Positions 13,743 through 25,100 of a stretch of 64,000 bases of DNA are shown piece by piece. This stretch comes from Camelus dromedarius (Eukaryota): contig NC_087437.1 of NCBI RefSeq assembly GCF_036321535.1, positions 112,904,001-112,968,000 of the forward strand, given 5' to 3'. Position numbers and translations under genes: made by a program. The notes below the pieces were generated by a model. It saw nothing but the letters and a program-made list of their open reading frames with translations. It ran no database searches and was not told the DNA's origin. The first letter of the stretch is position 1, and the number at the start of each line of letters is the position of its first letter.

Positions 13743-14185
13743 CAGAGTAATTTTTAAAAATTAATACATTAATGCCACAAAAATGTTTTATAATTCTAAA
13801 TGCTGACCATACATAGTACAAAATTCAAAAAACCTTTTCGGTGAATATAGATTTGTAGTTATAGTAGGAAGACACTAAATTTGCAGCAGCATTCTTTATG
13901 ACTTTATTATTATGTTTTCATGAACCCACCAGTATTTTGTTGCTGTGTTTAAAAAAAAAATTGAAAGGGTATAAGGTTTATTAACAACCTTCCCCCCTCA
14001 CCCCTTGCCCCAAAATGTGGAACAGTAAACAGCTACTGAATACGGGCTAGTTCGTTACTTGCAAGTTTCATTGCAGGTGACATGTTTTAATCAGAATTTC
14101 AGATAATTAAAGGAGTATAATTTTCCTTTTTCTCCTTTTTATAAGAAATGGAATGAGCCCAAGGGCAGTCACCAGACTGGAAGAG

Positions 14186-14253
14186 GTGTGTGTGTGTGTG
14201 TGTGTGTGTGAGTGAGAGCATGTGCGCGCGCACATGCTCACGCACACACGCGC
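14186..14253. repeat. (GT)n tract followed by a perfect 24-bp palindrome and a CA/CG run
   Basis: GT repeat 14186-14210; GAGCATGTGCGCGCGCACATGCTC at 14216-14239 is its own reverse complement. Confidence 0.93.
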
Positions 14254-14849
14254 TGTGTTGAGGCATTGTGCAATCAGGCTAATTTCCTTACACTACATGT
14301 CAGGTTAGAAGTAGAGGAAGAAGCCAGATTCTCACTAACCCCTGGGCATTAGGGGGAACTATGGCACTTCCAAGAGGAAATGCTAAAAGTTGATGTCAGC
14401 TCCTGATATTGCTCTGGTCTTTGGCATATTTTTTCCAGGTCCTTATGTTCTCATTCCCAACCTGGGAAATGTGGTTGATGACAGGAGGGACAGCTGAAGT
14501 AGGGATCGTCCTGGAAAACCTGTAGCTCACTTCTGAAAGTCCAGAAATTCCTTTTTCTTTCTGTTATTTATTTATAATATTCTACACTTTTTAACCAAAG
14601 GTGAAATTACACTAACCAGGTAATTTGTGTTAATATCTGTATAGCTTTCTTTGAAACGATATGGGTGGTGGAGAAGTCCAAGAATAGAAAATATCAAAAC
14701 CCAGATATCACAGAAGGGGTGGTGTTCAAACCATCCTTATCCTTGGTGGTGGCTGGGTGGTAAGGAATGAAAAATAGTAAGGTGTCCGGATAAGGTGACA
14801 AAGGGACTCTTTATTCTTGGTTTACATAGAGTATATGGTAAATCTACTT

Positions 14850-15080
14850 AAGAGTGTGAGCTCAGCCTCCATATAGTCTGGATCCAAATTTTGTCCTATT
14901 ACTATTTGACCTGGGGCTAGTTACATAACCTCTGCGTGCCTGTATTTCTAAATCCCTAAAGTGGGGTTAATAATAGTTCTTGCCTCATAGCGCTGTTGTG
15001 AGATTTTTACGAGACACATGTAAAAGCTGGAGCGTGGTGCCCGATACACAGTAAGTGCTCAGTAAGTTTTATCTATTATT
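14850..15080 (+). mobile_element. MIR SINE
   Basis: tttgacctggggctagttacataacctctgcgtgcctg...gttgtgagatt...cacagtaagtgctcagtaagttt. Confidence 0.78.
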
Positions 15081-15977
15081 AAAGCACTTTAAAGCTGACA
15101 AACATTTCACCTACAGACCCTTTGAATGGGCTAAGCATGGGCAGGGGCGACAGTTTCAAGAGTGGAGTTGGAGAAAAATGCATTTAGTACAACTGTCAGG
15201 GAGAGTACAGCCAAAGGCTGGAGGGAGAGGTGAGCCCTGTGTGCATGTTTGGGGAGGGCGCGCGAGGGGTGCGGGTGAGTCAGGAAAAGGCAGGACGAGA
15301 CTACCCTCCTTCCAGGGCACGCGCACGATCCCAGACGGTTATTAAATGACTTTCCAAGCATTCAGCTGATCCTCTAAATGAATGCCCAGTAAACATTTAA
15401 AGAATATTGGTTTGAGCCAAAGTATTAGCCTACCCTTGGCAACAACACGTGGGTAAGGCCCAGCTCGTACAACAAATGCCCATGCTGCGCCCTCATTACG
15501 TCCGTGCAGGCATCGTTCTCAGCGGTTTATGAGCATCAGCTCACTCAAAGACATCACATCACTGGGAAGTAGGTGCCCTTCACATTCTTTTCACGGGAGG
15601 CTGCCCAAGGTCAGGCAGCCAGCCAGGGATGGGGCACAACCCGATCTGCACGTAGCGGCCCACAGCCTTCGCCTTGCGCCCACTTCGCTAGGGAGGGGGC
15701 ACCCGGAAGCTGCGCCCGCGGCCGCGCTAAGACGACGAGCTGTGGGCTGGGGGCGCGAGGGTTAGGCCGTCCCGGGTATCCCCCGCCAGCCCTGACTCCC
15801 CAGCGCGGGGGGCGTAGACCCAAGCGAGAACGTTCCGAAATCCTGGTGTGCAGTGGTAGGCGGAGAGAGCCCCCAGTCCGGCCGAGACCCCGCACCCAGC
15901 AGCTCGGCCGCCTAGAAATCCCCCACCGCCGCGGAATCGCGGGGTAGGGGTGCGCGCACAGACCAGACCGCACCGCA

Positions 15978-15988
15978 GCGCACGCGCA
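15978..15988. promoter_or_regulatory. NRF1-like site GCGCACGCGCA
   Basis: Matches the NRF1 core GCGCAYGCGCR, in the promoter of a mitochondrial ribosomal protein gene. Motif match only. Confidence 0.5.
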
Positions 15989-16034
15989 CATGGGGGCGCA
16001 CGCTCGCCCGCCGCCCAGGATGAAACGGAAGGCA

Positions 16035-16045
16035 TGGAAAGTTCC
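16035..16045 (+). promoter_or_regulatory. Tonicity-responsive enhancer (TonE/ORE, NFAT5 site) TGGAAAGTTCC
   Basis: Perfect match to TGGAAANNYNY about 300 bp upstream of the inferred start site. SLC5A3 is an established NFAT5/TonEBP target. Confidence 0.75.
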
Positions 16046-16246
16046 AGCTGGTTCGAGAACCGTACGTAGCGCAGCGGCAGGGGCGGCGGCGGTGGGGTCG
16101 GAGGGGGCGTGTAGCTCCGGCTGGCCTCCCTCCCGCCCGAACCCACATTGCCTCCCACACGCAGTGGCTGCCGGGTTGGGCAGAGCTTGGGGTCCCGGCG
16201 GGGGCGGCAGGGCTGTCGAGGGGGCGCGGCACTGCCGCCTTAAGGA

Positions 16247-16295
16247 GGGGGCGTGGCGTGGGGCGCGGGGGCGTGGCTAGCCGAGGGGGCGTGGC
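16247..16295 (+). promoter_or_regulatory. Three identical GC/GT boxes GGGGGCGTGGC (Sp/KLF sites)
   Basis: Copies at 16247, 16267 and 16285, followed by a TATA-like TTTAAG at 16322-16327. Confidence 0.7.
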
Positions 16296-16465
16296 GGGCC
16301 GTCTGCGCAGCTGCCAGAGCCTTTAAGCCCGGGCTCGCGCGGCCGGAGCGTGCTTTCGCCGCTTGGGAGCCTTCCGGCGCAGTCCCCAGCCTGGTCCCCG
16401 CGGTCCCCGACCTCGTACGTCCCCGGAGCCGGCTCGGTTCGGAGCTGCGCGCTGTGCATTCGGGT

Positions 16466-16510
16466 ATGCCCCGCTACGAGCTGGCTTTGATTCTGAAAGC
16501 CATGCAGCGG
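16466..16510 (+). CDS. MRPS6: Mitochondrial ribosomal protein S6, coding part of exon 1 (MPRYELALILKAMQR); later exons lie outside the window
   Basis: Recognisable bS6m N-terminus followed by the strong donor CGG|GTAAGT (GT at 16511), phase 0. Known synteny with SLC5A3. Confidence 0.95.
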
Positions 16511-16891
16511 GTAAGTGACCTTCCCCTCAGAGCCCGCCTTCCCGCGCGGGCGCTCCCGAAGCCTCTAGGCCGCCGCCTCCCGCCCTCCCCGCGCGGCCGG
16601 GAGGGAGCCGGGGTCGCGGGCGGGCGGGCGGCGGGCGTCCAGGCTGAGGGGGCGCGCGTGGGGCCGGCTGGCCCGGCGAGGCCGCGTGCGCGCGGGAGGC
16701 GGGGGTGTGCCGGCGCGGGAGCGCGGCCGCGGGAGGGTGTGCCTCGCACGCGGCCGCCGGGCGGGCGGGCGGGCGGGGGACGGGGGGCGGGGCGGCCCGC
16801 GGGAGTCCAGTGGAAGGTCCGCGGGAGGACACGCGCCAGCGCCCGGCCCCGGCCCCGTCCCTGCCGTCGCGAAGCTGCCTCGTCGCCGGCC

Positions 16892-16918
16892 CCGCCGCCG
16901 CCGCCGCCGCCGCCGCCG
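16892..16918. repeat. (CCG)9 trinucleotide repeat in intron 1
   Basis: Read directly from the sequence. Confidence 0.95.
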
Positions 16919-19900
16919 CCCGCTCCGGCCCCGCTCCGCCGCCCACCCGCCTCCGCCTCCGCCGCCCGCCTCCACTCTAGCGCCCGCCGGCCGCTCCGGA
17001 ACCGTCCGCGCTCAATAAAACCTTCTTCCAAGCGTGTTTGTGCAGTTGTCTGGACCACGGCCGCGTATAACCGGCTCACGTTAAAAAAATCTTTGACTTC
17101 TCTTTTTCTGACTTCAGCGAAAATCCTGCTCCGAGTGCCCTTAGCCCAGTTTCATTCATCCAAGTTGTGGCCTTTTTTGCGCCTTCCGGAAGAAACTTTG
17201 CTCCCCCTGCTTTTGATTGCTCTTGAGGTAGGGGATTTCAGGTTTGGAGGGATGATAAGCGATCCTGCAGCCCTTTCACTTCAGGTAATGGTGTGGCCGA
17301 GGACAGGGACCCGCGGCCCGGAGGCAGCCCTTCGTTCTCTGTTCTGGGTCAGGTACTCCTCAAGCCGTCGCCGAAATCCCCGTTCTTCCGTGAATTGGGT
17401 AACGTAGAGCGTGGTGTATGATTTTATTTTATTTTATTTTTTTAACTCCTCTTGCAGGTATTAAAAACAAAAACAAAAACAAAAAAACCTATGTTCGAAC
17501 TTTGGATGCATGGCTTCCTACAGCGCCAGAGGCTTGGACACATTTTATACTTTGGGTCAATTCTGAAGAAGAGCTGTGTAGGAAGTTTGGTTGAACTTAA
17601 GCCTAGGGTCTCGGTTCAAGCGCTGTTGAGAAACTAACAATCACAGAACATTGGAAAATCCTTACTTTTTTGTACATTGTGTTGTGGGAGAGGACACCAG
17701 TGCCTCTTGATCAGGTTTGGGAGTCTGGTCTGGTATGCCACTGTGTCCTCAAGCTTGTTTCTCCTCTAATTTAGGAGAAGACTGCATTGTTTAGCCTCTT
17801 GAGTATTACCCCCAGCTTGGCCCTTCTTCTCTATGTTAGGACACTGCTTAGAGAGAATAGGAACAATGAAGAGAAGTAGTGCACGTTACTAAAAAGGAAA
17901 CAGTTTAAATTACGTGGTAATTGTTTAAGCCCTCCCTTTAACTTACACATTTTAGGAGATACCAGAATCTGGGAAATGCAGTTTTTGAAATTTCTTTTGT
18001 TTCACCTTGTTTTAGGGATGAAACAGGTATCATTGAAGAGTCAGTGTATCCATGAACCTTTGAAATGAAGACTCTGAACTCTTCTTTGTGTTTAGCATAG
18101 CTGCCAAGTACTGTACATTTGTTAACAAGGCTTTAAGTGTATTAGTTACATGTATTTCCACTATGTTTCTTGTTTTTGTTTTTTTATCCTGTTACAAGTA
18201 GGATTCACAAACTTTGGTGTGGAGCATATACTTTTTACTCGAATTAAGCCACAGAAATGCGGTTTGGTTAAAATAATAATTCAGTTCATTTTCCTTGAAA
18301 TCCTGGCAAGAGGGCAGGGGGAAAAAAGAAACCTTTACAGATAATCAAGGTGAAATCCTCCCTGGAGGCAGAGGCCTCCATGGCTGCAGATAGGACATTG
18401 TAACAACGATGAAGTTGTGTTGAAGAGCCCCTTGACCTAAATAAAGTAAGACTAAACAACAAATAAACTTTTTTTTTTAAATTTATTGTTGACAAAACTT
18501 GTTTTTGAGTAGGTTGTCAATGTGTAACAATCACAAAGACTTGGTTTTGAATAGTTTTGGTTGCTTTCAATTTAGGAAAATTGGATTCTAAAGTAAGATC
18601 AATACTTTAGGGAAAATGAATGAAAAATGCCACCATGAGCTTTGGCAGGCGCTAGGGAAGCCTCTCCCTTCTAATATGCGGCGGTTTGTAGCTCTGCTGC
18701 AGGTTGCCTATTGTACATAACTCCTCAATTTCAAATCGCATATTTTTTATATTTTTAGATTCTAAAATGTGTACCTCTTAAAGTTTACCCCTTTAAGGGC
18801 TTATTGTCCTTTTCCTCCTCTCCCAAATCATTTATGTATCTTGGAATTGAGGAAATGCACTATGTTAGACAGCTTTAGAACAGACATTGAGAAATTGAGA
18901 GATGGTAGTTTTTGCAGCCTTTTCTTGGATGTCCGGAAAGGTTTTCCTGTCTTTTTTTCCTGTGATACTCTATAAGCCTGAAGAGCATTTCTAGTCTCTT
19001 TAAAGTGTATTATTTCCCCTTCCCTACTGTTTTATTTTATTTGACTCCAAGCTTGATTCTTTAACATTGAGCATACAAGAGTATTAAAGTTTAAGATGCA
19101 GATGCTGTTTTGAGGCTCTCACAGCGTTTCGTGTTGGAGACCCACTGTGTTGTACCAGCGTCTCGTGTGGGAGTCCCTACTGAAAGACTTCAGGGTATAG
19201 TATGTAGAATGAGTCCTTATTGAACTATACAGTTGTGTGTTAGTCACTGAGAAGTTCCAGTGCTATTTCTTTCTCGGTTTACAACTGGGAGTCAGTTATA
19301 ATGGGTATCTGCTTTTGTTGCACTTTCAAGTTTGTGCTCTTATGAGTGTAGATATCAGTCCTCCCAAAAAGAAATTTATTTGCAGGTACCATTTAGCTTG
19401 ACTTTTATTGTAATGTGTATATATACAGTTGTCTTATTTTGGTATTCCCCCTTCTTGTAATTTAGCATGAAAAGTAGGTAAAAATGAGGTTAAATTCTGA
19501 AAATTGATTCAGTGAAGTAGTGGATGTTGCAAAATTAGGCCTTTAAAGGTGATGACTAAAGCCATTTGAAAAGGTGGTTGCTTAGACCAGTCTTAGACCA
19601 TTTATAGAAGAGTTTCCAGATTAAAAAGATTTTGGAAGTCTTGTGCCTGTATCAGAAGAGTTTTATTCATTCTGGCAAACACAGTATTCAATGCTGTAGT
19701 ATGGAAGGACATAGGCTACAGAGGAGAGACCACAAGCTGCAGGTTCCAGGCGGCGTCAATTCAGCGTTGGTAGACCTTTCCTAACAGCTGAAAACTAAGC
19801 CAGTTGCCTGTGAGATGGCGAGTTTTCTCTCCACCTCTTGACCTCGTGCAGTGAGAATGTTCTGGTAGATAGAGGAAGGGTCATGCATTTGAGGGGTGGG

Positions 19901-21602
19901 ATCTGACACTGATTACTGAGGTTCCTTCTCTCCAGAGTCTGAGAAATGGCTTATAGTCCATTGATTTCACTCTGAAGTTAGATTTGAAAGATTGATATTT
20001 AGTTTATCAAGGTAGAAGATAGAACTGAATTGCCAATTTATGAATTTTAAAGCCACATACTGTGTTGAGAAGCCTAGAAAAAGCTGTGTAAACGTTGTAG
20101 AAAATTTTTACGTTTGGGATGGGATCAGGAAGAGGAATTTTGAGGATAAAAAAAGATTTATGCAGAACATTTATATTCTTTGGTTACTCACTTTAGGAGC
20201 ACTTTAATTATCATGTCTTATGTTTGCCCAGAGGATGATCACAGTTGGCATATTTAGAGTTGTGAAAGCCCTGGGAAGATATTTTTTTCCTGAAATCTTC
20301 TCATTGTTACTCAGGAATTTTTACATGAAGAATTAAAGGTTAATGATGTAAATAATAGTTTCATTCTAAGTGAATGCAGGTGTATAAAATAAAATACCAT
20401 TTATATATCTTGTATATATTTTTGTAATAGAAATAAAAGTAGATAGCTACTTCGCACATCTTAAATTCTTTCTCATTAAAACAGATTTCACAAGTTATTT
20501 TATGTTCAGTATCTCTAATTATTAATTTCACTGAAAATCATATTTTTAATTCTAATTCATTGAAATAGTTTTTTGTAAGTAAAGAGTTTTACGATGTACT
20601 GAGCATAATTTATGAGTTGGGTTTTATACGTTTAGAAATAGAAGTGTAGTTCTAGTTCCTAAAAACGTACAAAGCAGTAGGTTTTCTGATTATGCAGTGA
20701 AGAGTCTTTTCTATTTCTTCTCAGTCAAGCCATTTTGTTTAGATAAACTGGCAATAGTTGTGTATTCTAGAGTTGTATCCAAGTTTACAATCTTGTGGAA
20801 GAAATACCAAAAAAAGTTTGCATTTTAGATACTCTTCGGAGGCATAGAGCGCTAATGAACTCAGGTATGGGACTGGCCACCCTTAGGTGATGTAGCTTGG
20901 CTTGCTTGGCAACATTCGATAACTAGGAACCAGTGATATTTCTGTTCAGGTGGTGGCAGACAAAAGTTCAAATGGAGACGTCTTTGTTCTAGCTGTCAGC
21001 TGGCTAAGTTAGTCTTTTTTTCCCTTCTCGTGGGCCCTCCCTTAACAGCTTAGCTTGTATCTTTAATAGTCACCCTTTGTGTTTTGTCTGCTTGAAATCA
21101 GGCAACTTAAAATAGTTATCCTGAAATGAAAGACTTGAGCCTTGTTGTACTTTCACTTGGTACTAAAGTTTTCTTGGGTTACAGCTTATTGCCGCAGCAA
21201 GTGGTTGAAGAAGGAGTCCTGTTCCTGCCCCTGAGCTACAGCTAAGGTACCAGGAGTGGCTTGGGGGTAAGGAGTCCTTCCTTACCAGACATGGTTTGTA
21301 TGTATGAAGACTGCTTGTCAGAAGTTTGACATTCTGCACTAAATATTTTTTCCTGTTAATCGTAACTCACACATTCAAAACAGTGTTTATTGGTTTTTAA
21401 AATCTAGATGTTTCATATGCAGATTGATATTGAATCTTCTCACCTTTAGATTATAAAATAATTTAAAAGAAAACCAAGAGTTTGAAAGCAATTAGGGAAT
21501 TCTAAAGTAATGTTTTTCATCTAGTACCTTCATTGTATTTATAGTACAGGTAGAATTTCTGTTCAAAATACGGTATACATCTTTTTAGTGGAAAGCAATT
21601 CT

Positions 21603-21715
21603 TTTATTTATTATTATTTTACTGAAGTACAGTCAATTACAATGTGTCAATCTCTGGTGTACAGCACAATGTCACAGTCATGCATATACATACATATATT
21701 TGTTTTCATATTTTT
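21603..21715 (-). mobile_element. Very short 5'-truncated LINE-1 3' end with target-site duplication
   Basis: T-rich tail then actgaagtacagtcaattacaatgtgtcaatctctggtgtacagc; flanked by TAGTGGAAAGCAATTCT (21586) and TAGTGGAAGGCAATTCT (21716). Confidence 0.85.
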
Positions 21716-21931
21716 TAGTGGAAGGCAATTCTAAACCAACAGGGATTGTTATCAACACATGTAATTAATCTCTTAGGGGAATCACATTTAAGGAATTAGT
21801 TAGATTTAAGGAAATCATTCAACTTTAACGAATGTGGTATGTTGTCAATTTAGCTAAAAAAAAAATACCCTTAGAAATTTGGAAAAAGACAGTTAATTCA
21901 GTCCTATTTCCTTGTTGTTACTTTAACTTGG

Positions 21932-22164
21932 ACAGGTTGGCACCAGATCCACCCTGTCACCTGCATTTGTATGGCCTGTGAACTTAAGGATTTTACACTT
22001 CTAGTCAGGAAAAAAAATTAAAAGAAGAGTAATATTTTATGATATGATAATTATATGCAATGCAGATATCAGAGTCCATAAATATAGATGTGTCAGAACA
22101 TAACCCTGTTCATTTATTTGTATTTACTATCTGGTCCTTTACAGAGGAAATTTGCTGACCCCTG
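21932..22164. mobile_element. hAT-Charlie MITE (MER58B-like)
   Basis: Ends caggttggca... and ...tttgctgacccctg, with internal actatctggtcctttacaga. Confidence 0.7.
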
Positions 22165-25100
22165 ATTTAGTATATAGAGACACATGGTTTCTCAGGTTCA
22201 GTATTTCTCTTAGCTTCTTATGCTGCTGTTTTCTGAGATTGCTGCTTTGATTCCTTCTTTCACTCTTCTTTATGTAGTACCTATGCCTTTGACCTTCATA
22301 TAGTTTGACCTTCACGTGATTTGCCTTTTTTTGGTAATAAGCCAAGAACTCTGGCACTTTGTACTCGCCTGTGCTGCCGGTAGCTTCCGGGATGTTCCCT
22401 TGGCACTGCAAACTTAGTGCGGTTCAAACTGAATGAGTGGCCTACTCCAAAACTTCATCTAACTTACTTCTGTTTATGGCTTCTCTGTTTTCTGGTACCT
22501 GGGGCTGAACAAATCCAGCTCTTTTATTGCTGCCCTCTCAATACCGTATAGTCTCTTCTCTGCCCTAGTTGAACCACTCATGTTTCTTGGATTCTTGCAG
22601 TTTCTTAGCTGGTCTCTCTAACATACTACTGAGGGGGAGGATAATTAATGTCTGTAAATATACTTTTTAGGGTGCAAAAATATAAGTTCTTGAATTATTG
22701 AATTGGGATGTGTTTTTAGTAAGGAAGTAATACAAAGCATTGTATAGCGACCATTTCTGATTATTTCATTACTTTCTCCTATCACTTGATTGTGTCAACA
22801 TCATTGCCAAATTACAGCACATTCAGAAATAATGCTCTTTTTCAAAGATAATTCAGATCAAAGTATGGCATCCAAGGCCACCTGTAATATGATGCCAACC
22901 TTTTTTTTTTTTTATTAAACCCTATCTATTTCATTCTCCATTTCATATAGTACTGAGTAAAGAAAGCTGCTGCAGATCCCTGTAAATACCATTCCCTTTT
23001 ATTTGCTGCCTGTGTCACACTGCTTTTCTTGGAATGCTTTCCAGTGTTACCCCATCATCTCCATGATAATGTGCCTCAAGTTCATGTTTTAACTATTTAG
23101 TACATGAAACAAATATTGAGGACTTGCACTGTTAGGAGCATCATCTTTCCTTTGGACTTGCATGGTGTGTTTCTGTGTCTGATCACAGGGACCACTTTCT
23201 ATTTTATATTACAGTTAATCAGTGAATGTTCCGTATCTCCTTTTGCAAGGTTACATATTCTTGAGGGTCAGGTCTTTCATTTCTGTCCTCTGTTCTGCTT
23301 TGCACATAGGTCAATGCTCACTTACCTGCCTTACGGGGGTCACTATTCTTATCTCTCTCAGACAGTTCTCAGATACGAGGTAGCCTGCTGGTCTCTTGTG
23401 TTAGTAAGTTGCTTTCAAGTCAGTGCCCTTTGGGGGAGTTGTGTGCTTACCAGAAGTTATGTTGGTTTCCAAGACTATTTCATGGCAGGTCATTTCGCTT
23501 TTATAATAACTTAAATATCATGTAAACTGAAGAAATGAGTGCAAACTTTTTTTTTCCCCTGAAAACTGAGTTGGATTCTCTGGAAAACCTTGATAAAGGT
23601 GAGTCACTAAAATAATGGCTGTAGAATTAGATATGGCTGCAATAACTAAAAGTTTTGGAGGAAGAATAACAACAGTAGTCCAGGATGATTCTACATGTAA
23701 ACTGCTTTACAAGGATTTCTTAAAGCTTTCCACTCTAATGAAGCTGGAATGGAGATTGTAGATGATGCATTTTTAGATATGGTTTAGATCAAGCAGAAGG
23801 AACGTCAGTCAGCAAGGAGCGCCACATCATCGACCCCATTCTCCAAGTGCTTGACCCAATGTTATGATTGGCAGATGAATATACATTTATGTGTTTAACT
23901 TAAATAAAATGTTTAAGGTATGTATGTATGATTTTCTTGATTTCTTACTTTAGCTTTAATCCCTTTTTACTTATTACTTTTGGATATGATTGTTTTGGCT
24001 ACACAGGCTTCTGCTTCAGTACATGCTCTGATTTTTGTTTTTTTAATGAATAGAAGAACATAAGATCTGAAATGAAGATACTGGCTGTGTTACGTTGGAA
24101 TAAACAAAGAACTGGCACTGGGAGAGTAGAAAGAGCTTTAGAGACAGTGAACCTGGTTTTGGTTCCTGGCACCTACCTCCTAGGAATCTTAACACTTCTG
24201 GATCCTCATTTCTTTATCTGTAAAATGGGAGCAATTCCTCAGTTGGGGAGTGTTTGAAGATAAAATGGTAACATGATCTTGGAAGTAGTAGGTGTTCAGT
24301 ATGTCATTAAAGTAGCTTTGTGATCTCAGGCAAGTTATCAAACTTTTTGGTCCAGTTTTCCATTATTCCCACTTTATTGATGAAGAGACTCCAAAAGAAA
24401 TTTACTACATGTAAGTTGCCAGAATCCAAGACTGAGTCAAACCTGGAATACAGTGCTTGCTTAAAAATTTTTGAATCAGTGGACAGGAGGCATACTGCAT
24501 AATAACTTGCACAGTAATGAACAAGGTCGAGGTTTTGCAACTGTGAGATGTAGAATGTATTTGTGAGGGATCCCATGAACTCACCTCTTAGAACAGATTC
24601 TCTGTTAGACAGATAAGTAGTGTTTATTCAGCAGCTACCAGCCTTTGCCAGGCTGTGTGCACTGGGATTCCTCATCAGGAACTAAACTCTTTGCATCTGG
24701 GCTTTGTGTTCATTTCCTATCTGACCCTGTGTAAGTAGTACTTAGTTAAGACTTAGTGTATTATTTAAGTGAGATGATTGGGAAAAGTGAAGAATGGGAA
24801 GACTCTAAAAAGAATTACTTTTGATAGGCTGTATCAAGGTGATTTGAGGCAAGTAGGGGGAAAACTTAGTATTTTAATCTATTCAGTAAATGTTTGATTG
24901 CTAACTGCCAAACTGCTGAAGCTTTAGGGATGACCCATTCTCGATAGAATCAACACATGAAGCAGATGGATTATAGCCCATCGATTTCTGCTGCTACAGG
25001 GTATTTTCAGTTAGTATTTTACTTTTCATTTTTTGATGCAGCAATGTATTGAAACATTATATCTTTCTTTTAATTGATTTTAAGATTCTTTCCATTCCTA

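Larger units (their letters stand above)
15250..17410. promoter_or_regulatory. CpG island promoter shared by MRPS6 and SLC5A3
   Basis: Very high GC and CpG density against a CpG-depleted background; contains MRPS6 exon 1. Confidence 0.95.

Noticed and set aside
15529..17079. Many overlapping ORFs on both strands
   Set aside because: Stop codons are scarce in GC-rich DNA; the translations are low complexity with no recognisable domains.
16253..17407. 384-aa ORF as a novel gene
   Set aside because: It starts at GTG and is Arg/Pro/Gly/Ala-rich, as expected for CpG-island sequence. Only the 15 MRPS6 codons before the strong donor are supported.
4110..23591. Other TGGAAANNYNY matches (4110, 7879, 17652, 23581) as tonicity enhancers
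   Set aside because: The motif is expected several times by chance in 64 kb, one match lies in an L1 remnant, and I have no conservation data.
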